DNA of 64,000 bases from Deltaproteobacteria bacterium (GCA_033763315.1 JANRKS010000031.1:96001-160000), one strand, 5' to 3'; positions 47,500 through 57,552 are shown, counted from the stretch's first letter. Notes: generated from the letters alone by a model not told the origin. Translations and numbers: made by a program.

Positions 47500-49791
47500 A
47501 TGAACTTCACCAAGAGAACAGCTTTGTTGCTTAGGGCAAACGTGGTCGTGGCGGTCTCGCTGTGGTTGTGCCTATGGCAGCCACAGGCGATCCGGGCACA
47601 AACGTGGGTGAACGCCCATGACCCGAAGTCGTTCGTGTCCCCTCCGTTGGGAGCGAAGGCGGATGGGTTTGGTGGGCAGGTGCGCGTGGACGCTGAGCTT
47701 CATGCGGCCTGGTTGCGCGCGCAGAGCCAAGGACCGCGCAAAGCAGCCACAGACACTTCGGGCATCGTGCGCGTGGGCGAAGTGCTCATTGTGCCTGGCG
47801 ACGATCAAATGATCACAATGGTGGGCAACAAGTTTGGCATCGCGCCTGCGGCACTCAAGAACATCACCCGCCCTGTGATCGAATTTGCCGGCGACAATTT
47901 CGAGATCATCACGTTGTGGGTCACGTTTGACGATCGAGGCACCGACGCGTTGGCGTATGCCGTGAACGTGCGCAATGAAGTCAAAGGGTTGGGGCGACGC
48001 CTGCCGTTGCAGGATATGTCCGGCAGCTATGGTTCAAAGGGCACTCTGCGGGCTGTGGTGAACATGAAGGGGGTGGGGCTGTCATCCACCGACGAGCAAA
48101 AAAACTGGACCGTGGGTTTGCAAATTTGGGGTCAAGAGACCGGCCATCGTTTCATGGCATTCATGGAAGTCCGCGATCCGCGAAGCGGCCGCCCCTCCGA
48201 CCTGCTGTTGGGCCGCGACTGCGCCCATTTCGATTGGTTCGTTGACACGCAAGCGTCGGTGCAAGATGGCCTCGCGTGGACCGACAATGGCAACGGCACA
48301 TTCACGTGGACTGATCGCACACTTCGCTACGGCAACCTTGATTTATACGGAATGGGGTTGATGCCCGGCGATGAATTGCCGCCGTTTTTTGCGATCACTG
48401 ACGTAGCCAACTACACGCGGCCGGCGTGTCTTGATTGGAGTGGAGGCCGCATTCCGACGCAGCAAACGGTCACCGGCAAGCGTTTGGATTTGGGCATCGA
48501 CGATGTGGTCGCGGCCAATGGCCTGCGCGTTCCCGAGATGTCGACGGGCTATATGCGTGAGCTGCAAGTGGTCGTGACGAAGCCGAATGAAAGCGTCACC
48601 AGCGCTACGGCGGTGGGCTTGGCGCAGCGGATCGACCGCGCGCGCGTGTGGTGGGAAGAGTGGGCTCGCACCGCCAGTGGCAATCGTTTGGTGGTGTGCA
48701 CGCAATCCACAGCAGACTGCGGGGACGCACGTTCGGATGTGCTTGGCGTGGCGCCCGCGCCAAACGCCGTTCCAGCCCTGGGACCGGTGCCCTTCGAGGT
48801 CAACCTGGCCAACACCGGTGCGAAGGATGCCACCGGCATCAAAGCTTCGGTCGAGGTACGCCTCGGCGAGCAACGGTTTTCTTCGGGCCCACCACAACCT
48901 GTGCCTGCCTTGCCTGCGGGCGCTGTTCGAACGGAGCGAATCAGCGTCAGCCTGCCCGGTGTGGCGTGCGGCACCGAAGTGGAGGTGTTCGCTCGCACCC
49001 AAAGCGACTTTCACTACAGCCGCCAACGTGTTTCGCTGCCTGTAGGCGTCAGCACCTTGTGGACAGAGGGATTCGAGCAGGAAAGTGGGTGGGTTGTGAA
49101 CGCCGACGCCACTGACACCGGCCAAGGTGCCACGTGGGAGCGCGGCCGTCCTCAACTTAGCTTTCTTTCCGATCGCACCGTTCAACCGGACGCCGCCTTC
49201 GCGGGCGACAACGCGTTCGTCACTGGTTTGGTGCCCACTGAATCGGGCTTATCAGGTGGCTTTGTGAAGATGGGCAAGGTTTCTTTGTTGTCACCCGTGG
49301 TTCCTGCCGCAGGCGCGCGCACACCTACGCTGCGTTACCATGTCAGCTTTTCCGGTATGCGTTCGGCCGGTGGTGGCGGCGTCGAAGCCAGCGACCAATC
49401 GTCGTTGGTTGTTCAAGTGCGGTCGGTGGCGGCAGGCGTGGCTAGCCCCTGGGTCGATATCGATCGCCTCACAAACCTCTTCACCTCAGGTTGGATTCAA
49501 CGTGTTGTCGTTTTGCCTATGGGCTTGAACCTTAGCGAGGGCGTGCAATTTCAGTTCGTCGCTGCGGACGACAACGTGGATGCGCCAGGCGGCGTTGAAG
49601 CGGCCATCGATGACGTTTCGCTCACCTCAACCCTGGCTGCGTGCGATGTCCCGGATGCGGGTGTCGATGGCGGCCGCGCCACTGATGACGGCGGTGGTTG
49701 TGGCTGCACCGTGGGACGTCGCTCTCCGCGCGACGCGGCCTTTGTGTTTGTGTGCGGCGCTCTGTGGCTGTGGCGCCGTCGACGCCGCTGA
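47500..49791 (+). CDS. Secreted protein with zincin-like domain (QExxH), Ig/CARDB-like and carbohydrate-binding-like domains, MYXO-CTERM tail
   Basis: Signal peptide; GQETGHRF...LGRDCAHF...LDLYGMGL; C-terminal GGGCGC...LWLWRRRRR. Confidence 0.8.
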   Translation: MNFTKRTALLLRANVVVAVSLWLCLWQPQAIRAQTWVNAHDPKSFVSPPLGAKADGFGGQVRVDAELHAAWLRAQSQGPRKAATDTSGIVRVGEVLIVPGDDQMITMVGNKFGIAPAALKNITRPVIEFAGDNFEIITLWVTFDDRGTDALAYAVNVRNEVKGLGRRLPLQDMSGSYGSKGTLRAVVNMKGVGLSSTDEQKNWTVGLQIWGQETGHRFMAFMEVRDPRSGRPSDLLLGRDCAHFDWFVDTQASVQDGLAWTDNGNGTFTWTDRTLRYGNLDLYGMGLMPGDELPPFFAITDVANYTRPACLDWSGGRIPTQQTVTGKRLDLGIDDVVAANGLRVPEMSTGYMRELQVVVTKPNESVTSATAVGLAQRIDRARVWWEEWARTASGNRLVVCTQSTADCGDARSDVLGVAPAPNAVPALGPVPFEVNLANTGAKDATGIKASVEVRLGEQRFSSGPPQPVPALPAGAVRTERISVSLPGVACGTEVEVFARTQSDFHYSRQRVSLPVGVSTLWTEGFEQESGWVVNADATDTGQGATWERGRPQLSFLSDRTVQPDAAFAGDNAFVTGLVPTESGLSGGFVKMGKVSLLSPVVPAAGARTPTLRYHVSFSGMRSAGGGGVEASDQSSLVVQVRSVAAGVASPWVDIDRLTNLFTSGWIQRVVVLPMGLNLSEGVQFQFVAADDNVDAPGGVEAAIDDVSLTSTLAACDVPDAGVDGGRATDDGGGCGCTVGRRSPRDAAFVFVCGALWLWRRRRR

Positions 49792-49798
49792 TCCCCGC

Positions 49799-50263
49799 TT
49801 ATTTCTCTTCCGCCTGAGTCAAGATCGCGATGTGCGCGGCGCCTGATCGGCGTGCCACCGACATGATGTCCACCGCGGCACCTAGGTAAACGTTCTTGTC
49901 GCCGCGGATCAGCAACGTGTCTGAGCCCACTTCAGCGAAGGCTTTCTTCAATTCAGCTTCAAGCTGGTCTGGGGCCACCTTCTTATTGAACACGAATAGC
50001 TCGTTGTTCTTCGTGATCGTCAAGATTGGATCCGTTCGACGCTTCGTCACGGGACCCGCCGTTTGCGATTTCGGCAGGGTGACCTTGACGCCGGAACGTG
50101 AAGCCTTCTCCGTTTCCACCAAGGCCGTTGAAGTCACCATAAAGATGATCAGCAACACCAAGAAGACGTCGGTCAAAGGCGTGATGTTAATTTCCGCGAC
50201 GATGGCCTCGCTGCCGCCTTCCTCATCGGAAGTGGCGTCGGCCATGTTGACTCCCATGCCCAT
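49799..50263 (-). CDS. ExbD/TolR family protein
   Basis: EINITPLTDVFLVLLIIFMV; IRGDKNV..G. Confidence 0.92.
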   Translation of the reverse strand: MGMGVNMADATSDEEGGSEAIVAEINITPLTDVFLVLLIIFMVTSTALVETEKASRSGVKVTLPKSQTAGPVTKRRTDPILTITKNNELFVFNKKVAPDQLEAELKKAFAEVGSDTLLIRGDKNVYLGAAVDIMSVARRSGAAHIAILTQAEEK

Positions 50264-50290
50264 GATGCGTCTCCTTCGCTGGCGCGGCCG

Positions 50291-50968
50291 TTAAGCCGTG
50301 ACGGTGGGTTCAGCGGCCGGCGGGGCCGCAGGTTTCGGTGCTGCGCCTTGGGCCACTTCATTTAGGGCCGCCAAGAACTCTTCACAGTAAAGCTTGTATT
50401 GAACGCCGATGCCGGCCACCCGCGCGACGAAATAGTTGTAAGCAATGACCGCGTAGATGGCGACCATTAGGCCCGCCGCCGTGGCCACCAACGCCGCCGC
50501 GATGCCGCCCGCCACAACCTTAAAGCCGCCGGTGCCCGCCGCTGCCATAGACTGAAACGCCTTCAAAATACCCACGACGGTGCCGAACAAGCCAACGAAC
50601 GGCGCTGACGAGCCCACCGTGCCCAGAGCCCATAAATACCGTTTGAAGTGCGATGTGACCGCTAAACGTTGCGAAGTCACCACTTGGGCCGTCTGCTCGG
50701 GGCGCTTCTTGAAGGTTTTCAAGCCCTTCTCGAACACTTCCGCCAAGGGTTCGTTCGATGTTTCACATAACGCCGTGGCCTTGGGCAACTCGCCATTCTC
50801 GATGGCGGCCACCACCCGATCTTTGAAAGCTTCGGATTTCGGTAACACGTTCCAAAGGCTATAAAAGCGCTCGCAGATGATCGTTAAGCCGGCCAAGGAC
50901 CACATGAGCAGCAGTCCCAGAATCAGCCATTCGTCGCGCAGCAGGTCGCGTAGGGTTTCCCAGGTCAT
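50291..50968 (-). CDS. MotA/TolQ/ExbB proton channel protein
   Basis: APFVGLFGTVVGI...GIAAALVATAAGL. Confidence 0.92.
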   Translation of the reverse strand: MTWETLRDLLRDEWLILGLLLMWSLAGLTIICERFYSLWNVLPKSEAFKDRVVAAIENGELPKATALCETSNEPLAEVFEKGLKTFKKRPEQTAQVVTSQRLAVTSHFKRYLWALGTVGSSAPFVGLFGTVVGILKAFQSMAAAGTGGFKVVAGGIAAALVATAAGLMVAIYAVIAYNYFVARVAGIGVQYKLYCEEFLAALNEVAQGAAPKPAAPPAAEPTVTA

Positions 50969-51024
50969 AGGCGTTAAACGAGCATAGCTCTAAACCCGCG
51001 GACTAGCATGGGACCTCAAGTACA

Positions 51025-53286
51025 ATGACGGCGATGAGCCGCACCACTGCCCCACGCGCCGCCGTGGTTGCCGTCGCCACGCCCCGGGGCACGTTGGCCT
51101 CCGAGCTGTTGCTATGCGAAGCCGTGGGCCTCGCCGTCGAACTGCTGGCTTGGGGCGTCCCTTTATGGACCACGTTGCGTACCTCATCTGCGGTCCTGCG
51201 CGTGGTTGCCGTTGTTTTCGGCACGTTTGCTGTTGCCGGCGCCATTCGATTGTTCGATGTGGCACGACCTCTGTTGGCGGTGGCGCGGCGGCGTGAGCGT
51301 CAAGAAGCGGTTCCCCCGGCGTTGGGGCCTCCCGCGCTCAAAGCGCTCGTGCGTTTGCCCGGCGAGTCCGCTTTGCTCCGGTTTTTCGGTTGGCTCGTTT
51401 TGGTGCTGGGAACGCTCGCCTGGTGCTTGTGGGCGCATCGTCTTGCGTTCGTGCAAGCCGCGCAGGTGGCGGGCGTGGCCTTCATCCACGGCGCGGGGGC
51501 CGCGGCTTTGCGAGGTCGGTTGCTTGAGGGCCGCCTGCGACGCCTGCGGGGGTGGCTTTTGCCAGGCACCGACGGCATGCGCGTGTATATGGAGGTCTAC
51601 CGGCGGCGCCTCGGCCGCACGGGTGTGCTGGTGTTGTCCGCGGGGCATGCGTTCTGGTTGTGGCTGACCTCAAGCGCGCTGGACGTCGGCGGCTTGGGGG
51701 TGGTGATGTGGGGGTGGCCTGTGCTGTTTGTGGGCACGTACTCCTGGGGGCGTTCATTGCGCCGGCGCAGCCAACCCATTGAGGCCTACTTCAACGTGCT
51801 TTACCGTTCCGCCTCGGTGCGGGGGCCGGCTCGTGATGAACCCACCGCGGTGCCTGCGTTCCGGGCGGCGCAAGCCTTGCCGTATCGGCTGGCAGGTTAT
51901 CTGTCATTCACTTTGGCCGTGGCTCTGCTCGGCGCGGTGGCCGTAGGACGATGGCGCGTGGGTTACCCTGCGGCCGTGGCCGCGCACATGTTGTTGGCGG
52001 CGACGGTCGCGGTGTTTGCGTGCGGTGGCTACGTGTTGCTGCTGCTGCGACGGGTGGTGAACCCTTTCTTGCGCCACTTGGGCTCGCGACATCATCTGCC
52101 TTTGCAGCAGATTCGTTCGCCCGCGGGCGTGTCACTGCGCATCGCTGTGGTGTTCGCGTCGTTTGGCGCGTGCTTGGCGGGGCCTTGGGCCATCGCCGTG
52201 GCGGCCAGCGAGCCCGTGCCGTGGCTGCGGGCTTTGGGTGGCCTTGTGTTGGCTTTGGGTTTGGCGTGGCTGGTGACCAACGACACTTTGCGCCCGCTGA
52301 GCATGTTGGAAATGCGTTCGGAAGAAATGGCGCGTGGTGAACTGGCGCGCCCCGTTTCGCCCGCCGGTGAAGCCGATGAGATCGGTCGTCTCACCGTGGC
52401 TTTCGAAGAGATGCGAAGGGCGTTGCGTGATCGTTTGCGTTCCACTGAATCCATCAACGTTGATCTCGAGCGTGAAGTCAGGCGGCGCACGGACGCCCTC
52501 GAAAAGCGCAACGCTGAGCTCGCGGACGCCCTCGATAAGCTCAAGCGGGCGCAGGATGATCTTGTGCGTTCAGAGAAATTGGCATCCATGGGCCGTTTGG
52601 TCGCCGGCATCGCGCACGAGATCAACAACCCCGTCAACGCGGTGATCAACACCCTCGACCCATTGGGCGAGCAACTGGACGACATCGAGAAAACCGCCGA
52701 TCCCCAGCAGACGATGGCGTTGGCAAAAGAAGCGAAAGATATGTTGAGTGTCATTCGCCGTGGCGCCGCACGCACCAAGGCAATTGTGCGCGCTTTACAC
52801 AATTATTCACGCGGTGACGAGAACCAATTTCGTGTTGTGGATTTTTCGCGCGTGGTGCGCGACACGCTCGATCTGCTTCGACACCAATTGCGTGACATCA
52901 ACGTCGCGGTGGATGTGCCCTCGCCGTGTGAGATGCAGGCCATGCCCGGGCAAATCGATCAGGCCGTGATGAACATCGTTGTGAACGCAGCGCAAGCGCT
53001 TGCCGAATCGTCCGTGGCGCAGAAGAACATCAACATTCGCGCTCAGCAAAACGCAGACGAGTGGCGCGTGACTATCGCCGACAACGGCCCGGGCATCCCG
53101 CCTGACGTGTTGCCGAAGATCTTCGATCCGTTCTTCACAACCAAAGGCGTGGGCGAAGGCGCAGGCCTGGGGCTTTCAATCGTGCATGGAATCATTGAAC
53201 GACACGGCGGCAAATTGTTGGTTGATACGTCACCTTCCACTGGCACCACGTTCACATTCGTGTTGCCTATGGCCACGCCCGCTTAA
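51025..53286 (+). CDS. Multi-TM HAMP sensor histidine kinase
   Basis: HAMP DEIGRL; GIAHEINNP; DNGPGI, FDPFFTTK, GLGLSI. Confidence 0.92.
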   Translation: MTAMSRTTAPRAAVVAVATPRGTLASELLLCEAVGLAVELLAWGVPLWTTLRTSSAVLRVVAVVFGTFAVAGAIRLFDVARPLLAVARRRERQEAVPPALGPPALKALVRLPGESALLRFFGWLVLVLGTLAWCLWAHRLAFVQAAQVAGVAFIHGAGAAALRGRLLEGRLRRLRGWLLPGTDGMRVYMEVYRRRLGRTGVLVLSAGHAFWLWLTSSALDVGGLGVVMWGWPVLFVGTYSWGRSLRRRSQPIEAYFNVLYRSASVRGPARDEPTAVPAFRAAQALPYRLAGYLSFTLAVALLGAVAVGRWRVGYPAAVAAHMLLAATVAVFACGGYVLLLLRRVVNPFLRHLGSRHHLPLQQIRSPAGVSLRIAVVFASFGACLAGPWAIAVAASEPVPWLRALGGLVLALGLAWLVTNDTLRPLSMLEMRSEEMARGELARPVSPAGEADEIGRLTVAFEEMRRALRDRLRSTESINVDLEREVRRRTDALEKRNAELADALDKLKRAQDDLVRSEKLASMGRLVAGIAHEINNPVNAVINTLDPLGEQLDDIEKTADPQQTMALAKEAKDMLSVIRRGAARTKAIVRALHNYSRGDENQFRVVDFSRVVRDTLDLLRHQLRDINVAVDVPSPCEMQAMPGQIDQAVMNIVVNAAQALAESSVAQKNINIRAQQNADEWRVTIADNGPGIPPDVLPKIFDPFFTTKGVGEGAGLGLSIVHGIIERHGGKLLVDTSPSTGTTFTFVLPMATPA

Positions 53287-54200
53287 GCCAGAACGGCCGA
53301 GCTCAGATTCCACGCGCCCATGTGAGCCGCCACGCGTGCGTCCAGATCCCGGCTCGCCCACGCGATGTTGGCCTCCGGAAACCCAAGCAGCTTTGGACCT
53401 TCTGAAAGCGCCATTTCCATCGCCACGGGATCTAGCGGAGTGCCTACGTCAAGGCCTATGCGTTCCACCACCGCGTTTGCCAGGGTGACGAAATTGCTCA
53501 CGGCATAAGGCTTCCAGGGATCATAAGCGTAGGGCTCAGCGATGCAGTGGCGGATGATCGTGGGCATGCCCCATTTAACGGCCAGCAGCCGGCCAACTGT
53601 GGCGTGGCTGCCCATCACCACTTTGCCCCAGTCGCCCGCATCAAGCCACCGATCCACGCCCGCTCCGGCGAGCCGCCGCTCCGAATCCAGCAACAGCGCG
53701 GCCACCACCGGTTTGCCCAGATCGTGCAGCAAACCGCCCGTATAGGCCGCTTTCGTGACCTCTCCATGGCCGAGGCCGAAGACGAAGCCCGCCAAATCTT
53801 GCGCCACCAGAGCCACCGCCACGCAGTGTTCCCACACCCGCTGGCGGTTGGCGTTGATGTCAGCGTTGCGCGACAAGATGGGGCGGTCGACGCCCGAGTC
53901 GTCCAAAAAGATGCGCGCCGAACGCGGGCCCAAGCGCGCCACCGCGTCCTGCGGTGTACACACCGCTGCGCCCGCCGAATACGCCGCGCTGTTGGCTTTT
54001 CGGATCAAGCGCGCGACGCATAGCGGATCTGGCTCTAAAGCCGTTGCCACTTTGTGAGGCGCAAAAGGGCTTTCGGATAAAGCTTCCGCCGCCGCGCGAA
54101 GCACCCAGGGCAACGCTGGCAAAGCAAGGTCGTCCTCGGTCACCCGTTTGAGCACAACACTGCTTATCTGACCGATCGGCGGCGCGGAGCCTTCACCCAC
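53283..54200 (-). CDS. Stand-alone HDOD-domain protein
   Basis: LPALP, DP...ARLIRKANSA, AV.RLG, WEH, GLLHDLGK. Confidence 0.88.
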   Translation of the reverse strand: MGEGSAPPIGQISSVVLKRVTEDDLALPALPWVLRAAAEALSESPFAPHKVATALEPDPLCVARLIRKANSAAYSAGAAVCTPQDAVARLGPRSARIFLDDSGVDRPILSRNADINANRQRVWEHCVAVALVAQDLAGFVFGLGHGEVTKAAYTGGLLHDLGKPVVAALLLDSERRLAGAGVDRWLDAGDWGKVVMGSHATVGRLLAVKWGMPTIIRHCIAEPYAYDPWKPYAVSNFVTLANAVVERIGLDVGTPLDPVAMEMALSEGPKLLGFPEANIAWASRDLDARVAAHMGAWNLSSAVLA

Positions 54201-54264
54201 TGCGCACCAGTGTATCCCTAACAGGGGGCGCCGCCAAAACGGCGATACGCAGTAAACTGCGATC

Positions 54265-55467
54265 GTGCCAGCCGCAAAAAATTCGTCTTTGCTCGATCCC
54301 CCGTCCTTTGCCGGCGGTGTGTTCCGCGCCGATCTTCCAAACGGCCGCGCCGGGGCTGAGGTAACAGTTGGGCTCTATGCGGTCAAAGCCCACACCAGCA
54401 CCGGCGCTGACATCGAGATCCCCTACGGCCGATGTCACCTTGAACAAGGCGGCGCGAGCGGGCGCATGGTGTTTTGCCGCGACCAAGAGCGGACAGTCAC
54501 GATCTTTAGCGAGGCGCCTGGTTTCCTCGCGGCGCTCACAGCGGCAGGTGGCGTGGCCCTGGCGGGGCCATTGGCCAACATCAAGCGTGCGCAAACCACG
54601 CAGCGAAAAGCAGCGGGTCGTTTGTGGCTGGTGGCGGCGAGCGCGGTGTTGTTGCTGCTTGCGGGCGGTTACGTTGGGCTGCGATCAGCGGCAGGGGTTG
54701 CCGCCCGCGCCCTGCCGGTGTCGGTGGATCGAAAGCTTGGCGACGCCGCTTATGCCGCTTTGCCTAAGCAGGGTCCGCTGGTCACCGATCCGGTCGTGGT
54801 CAACGCTGTGCAAGACATCGTCTCTCGCTTGGCGGTGCTGGCTCCCCCCACCTTCACGTTCCGCGTGGCGGTTGTGGATTCGGAAATCAAGAATGCCTTT
54901 TGTCTGCCAGGCGGCCAGATCGTTGTGTTCACAGGTTTGCTCGCGCTGGCGGAATCACCGTCCGAAGTTGCCGGCGTGCTGGCGCATGAGATGGCCCACG
55001 CGGTTCTTCGCCACGGCATCGAGCGCGTGGCACAAACGATGGGTGTGGTTGTCGCCTTTCAACTATTGATTGGCGACGTGGCTGGGCTTGCGGCGCTGGG
55101 CGCGCAGCTGGCGCAAGAAGGACTGCTCACAAGCTATTCGCGTGACCAAGAAAGCGCGGCCGACCTGCATGGTCTGCCCTGGACAAATGATGCCGGCTTT
55201 GACGCTCAGGCGTTGGGCACGATCCTTTTGCGTTTGGACAAGGGCACGGCGCTTGTTCCCAGTTGGCTGGGGTCCCATCCAGAACCGCGGCAGCGACAAG
55301 CGGCGATCGCCTCTTTGTCGCGGACGCTTACTCGACGCGCACCCGTGGTGCTGCCGTTTAACTGGGGCGAGGTTCGCGCGCATCTGCCGCGACCAGCTGG
55401 AGTAGACAGCAAAACCGAAGTGAACCAAGATGCTGGGGTGCCAGACGCAGGCGAGGGAATCCAATGA
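54265..55467 (+). CDS. M48 family membrane metallopeptidase
   Basis: NAFCLPGG, VLAHEMAH, YSRDQE..AD, SHP. Confidence 0.9.
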   Translation: MPAAKNSSLLDPPSFAGGVFRADLPNGRAGAEVTVGLYAVKAHTSTGADIEIPYGRCHLEQGGASGRMVFCRDQERTVTIFSEAPGFLAALTAAGGVALAGPLANIKRAQTTQRKAAGRLWLVAASAVLLLLAGGYVGLRSAAGVAARALPVSVDRKLGDAAYAALPKQGPLVTDPVVVNAVQDIVSRLAVLAPPTFTFRVAVVDSEIKNAFCLPGGQIVVFTGLLALAESPSEVAGVLAHEMAHAVLRHGIERVAQTMGVVVAFQLLIGDVAGLAALGAQLAQEGLLTSYSRDQESAADLHGLPWTNDAGFDAQALGTILLRLDKGTALVPSWLGSHPEPRQRQAAIASLSRTLTRRAPVVLPFNWGEVRAHLPRPAGVDSKTEVNQDAGVPDAGEGIQ

Positions 55468-56123
55468 TGCAAGCGCAGATCAAAGACAAGGCCGCGTTCG
55501 CCAACGTGCATCTGCAATTGCAACCCGGGGACAGCGTGGTGGCTCAAGCCGACGCCATGTCGCGGATGAGCGCCACCATTGACATGACCACGCGTATGGC
55601 TGGAGGGTTCTTCACGGCGTTGGCGCGTCGGTTTTTAGGGCAAGAGTCGATGTTCATGAACACGTTCACCACACAAACCGGCGGTGAGCTTGTGCTGACG
55701 CAGCCAACCCCAGGGGACATTGACTGCGTCACGCTTAACGGCACGTCGCTTTACTTGCAACCGGGCGCGTTCATCGCCTGCGAGCCTACGGTGGCTTTGG
55801 GTTTGGGCTGGGCTGGACTTGCAAGCTTTATCGGCAAAGAGGGCTTGTTTCGCCTAAAAGTCAGCGGCGAAGGCCGCGTGTGGTTTGGTGCCTATGGCGG
55901 CCTCGTCACGCAAGAGATCAACGGGGAGCTGTTGGTGGATACAGCGCACCTTGTGGCCTACGAGCCAACGTTGCGCGTGAAGATGGGACTGCCGGGCGGT
56001 TTATTCTCGAGCTTTCTGGGCGGCGAGGGGTTGATCACGAGGCTGCAAGGGCAGGGGCGGGCGTATTTGCAAACACGCTCAATCGATGGCTTGGCCGCGT
56101 GGACGAACGCGCGTCTTTATTAA
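55464..56123 (+). CDS. TIGR00266/AIM24 family protein 1
   Basis: GQESMFMNTF, PGDI, GKEGLF.L..SG.G, VDTAHLVA, GGEGL..R..G.G. Confidence 0.88.
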   Translation: MMQAQIKDKAAFANVHLQLQPGDSVVAQADAMSRMSATIDMTTRMAGGFFTALARRFLGQESMFMNTFTTQTGGELVLTQPTPGDIDCVTLNGTSLYLQPGAFIACEPTVALGLGWAGLASFIGKEGLFRLKVSGEGRVWFGAYGGLVTQEINGELLVDTAHLVAYEPTLRVKMGLPGGLFSSFLGGEGLITRLQGQGRAYLQTRSIDGLAAWTNARLY

Positions 56124-56133
56124 GGGGCTTGCA

Positions 56134-56814
56134 ATGCGTGCTGAAATTTTATGTAAACCTGCGAGCACCGTGGCGCAGTTAACACTGCAAGCCGGCGAAG
56201 CTGTGACCTGTGAAGTGGGCGCCATGATCGCGATGAGTCCGGGCTTGCAGGTGGAGACCTCAAGCCGCAAGCGTGGTGGCGGTGGCCTCGTGAAAGGCCT
56301 CAAGCGAATGTTTGCCGGCGAAAATTTCTTCCTCAACCACTTTACGGCTCAACAACCAAACCAAACTCTGTGGCTCGGTCCGACGCTGGTCGGCGACATT
56401 GCCCAGCATCATCTCTCTGGTGGCACGCTCGTTGTGCAGGGAGGCAGTTGGTTGGCAAGCGATCCAGACGTGCAGATCGATGCCACGTGGCAAGGCTTTG
56501 GCAAGGCGCTGTTTTCGGGCGAGAGCGTGTTTTGGGTCAAACTTTCAGGCACGGGTGACGTGTTGTTGTCGAGCTTCGGCGCCATCACAACCGTTAACGT
56601 TGACGGCGAGTATGTTGTGGACACCGGCCACATCGTTGCATTCGAAGACACACTGCAATTTCGCATCACGAAAGCGGGCGCCAGCTTGATCGGGAGCCTT
56701 CTGGGCGGCGAAGGTCTCGTGTGTCGGTTTTCGGGGCAGGGCAAGCTCTATTGCCAAAGTCACAACCCGAAAAGCTTTGGACAAGAACTAGGCCCGTTGT
56801 TGAAGCCACGTTGA
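56134..56814 (+). CDS. TIGR00266/AIM24 family protein 2
   Basis: GENFFLN.F, FSGESVF, VDTGHIVAF, GGEGLVCRFSG.G. Confidence 0.9.
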   Translation: MRAEILCKPASTVAQLTLQAGEAVTCEVGAMIAMSPGLQVETSSRKRGGGGLVKGLKRMFAGENFFLNHFTAQQPNQTLWLGPTLVGDIAQHHLSGGTLVVQGGSWLASDPDVQIDATWQGFGKALFSGESVFWVKLSGTGDVLLSSFGAITTVNVDGEYVVDTGHIVAFEDTLQFRITKAGASLIGSLLGGEGLVCRFSGQGKLYCQSHNPKSFGQELGPLLKPR

Positions 56815-56826
56815 AAGGTCAAACAG

Positions 56827-57552
56827 ATGAGTCACTCCAACGCACTCGACTTCTCGTTTGAACAGCGACCGGATTTCACGTGGTTGAACGTGTCCCTTCG
56901 TGCGGGACAGAAGATCTTGGCGGAGCCATCGGCCATGGCCACGATGGATCCCACGGTCACGATGAAGGCCGGGTTGCGCGGCGGTTTAGGCAAAACGTTC
57001 GGTCGCATGTTAGGTGGTGAAAGCCTCATCATGAATACCTTTGCGGCGCCCACGGCCGGTGGGGCGGTTCGCTTTGCGCCCGGCACGCCCGGCGACATGG
57101 CCCACAAGAGTTTGGACGGCGGCAAATTTTATTTGCAGCGAGGCGCATTCGTGGCGCACAGCGAGGGCGTGGAACTCTCAGGCCGCTGGCAAGGCGCGCG
57201 CGGCTTTTTCTCTGGGCAAGGATTGGTGTTGTTGGAGGCCACGGGCCAAGGCGATCTGTTCTTCAACGCCTATGGCGCCATCTTGCCGATCGACGTCACC
57301 GATGAATTGATCGTGGACACAGGCTACGTCGTGGCTTTTGAGGACACGCTGGCCTACCAGGTGAGCGTGATGCCCGGGTTGCGTCCCGGCGCGAAGGTAA
57401 AGTCGTTCTTGTTTGGCGGCGAGGGTTTGGTGTGCCGGTTCCGGGGCCAAGGCAAGGTTTGGGTGCAAACGCGCGACGCAGGTGCCTTTCTGCGGTGGAC
57501 GTATCCCTTCCGGCCCGTGCGCAGCAAGAATGTGTCCTTAGGCGACAGCTAG
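56827..57552 (+). CDS. TIGR00266/AIM24 family protein 3
   Basis: GGESLIMNTF, PGD, VDTGYVVAF, GGEGLVCRFRG.G.VWVQTR. Confidence 0.9.
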   Translation: MSHSNALDFSFEQRPDFTWLNVSLRAGQKILAEPSAMATMDPTVTMKAGLRGGLGKTFGRMLGGESLIMNTFAAPTAGGAVRFAPGTPGDMAHKSLDGGKFYLQRGAFVAHSEGVELSGRWQGARGFFSGQGLVLLEATGQGDLFFNAYGAILPIDVTDELIVDTGYVVAFEDTLAYQVSVMPGLRPGAKVKSFLFGGEGLVCRFRGQGKVWVQTRDAGAFLRWTYPFRPVRSKNVSLGDS

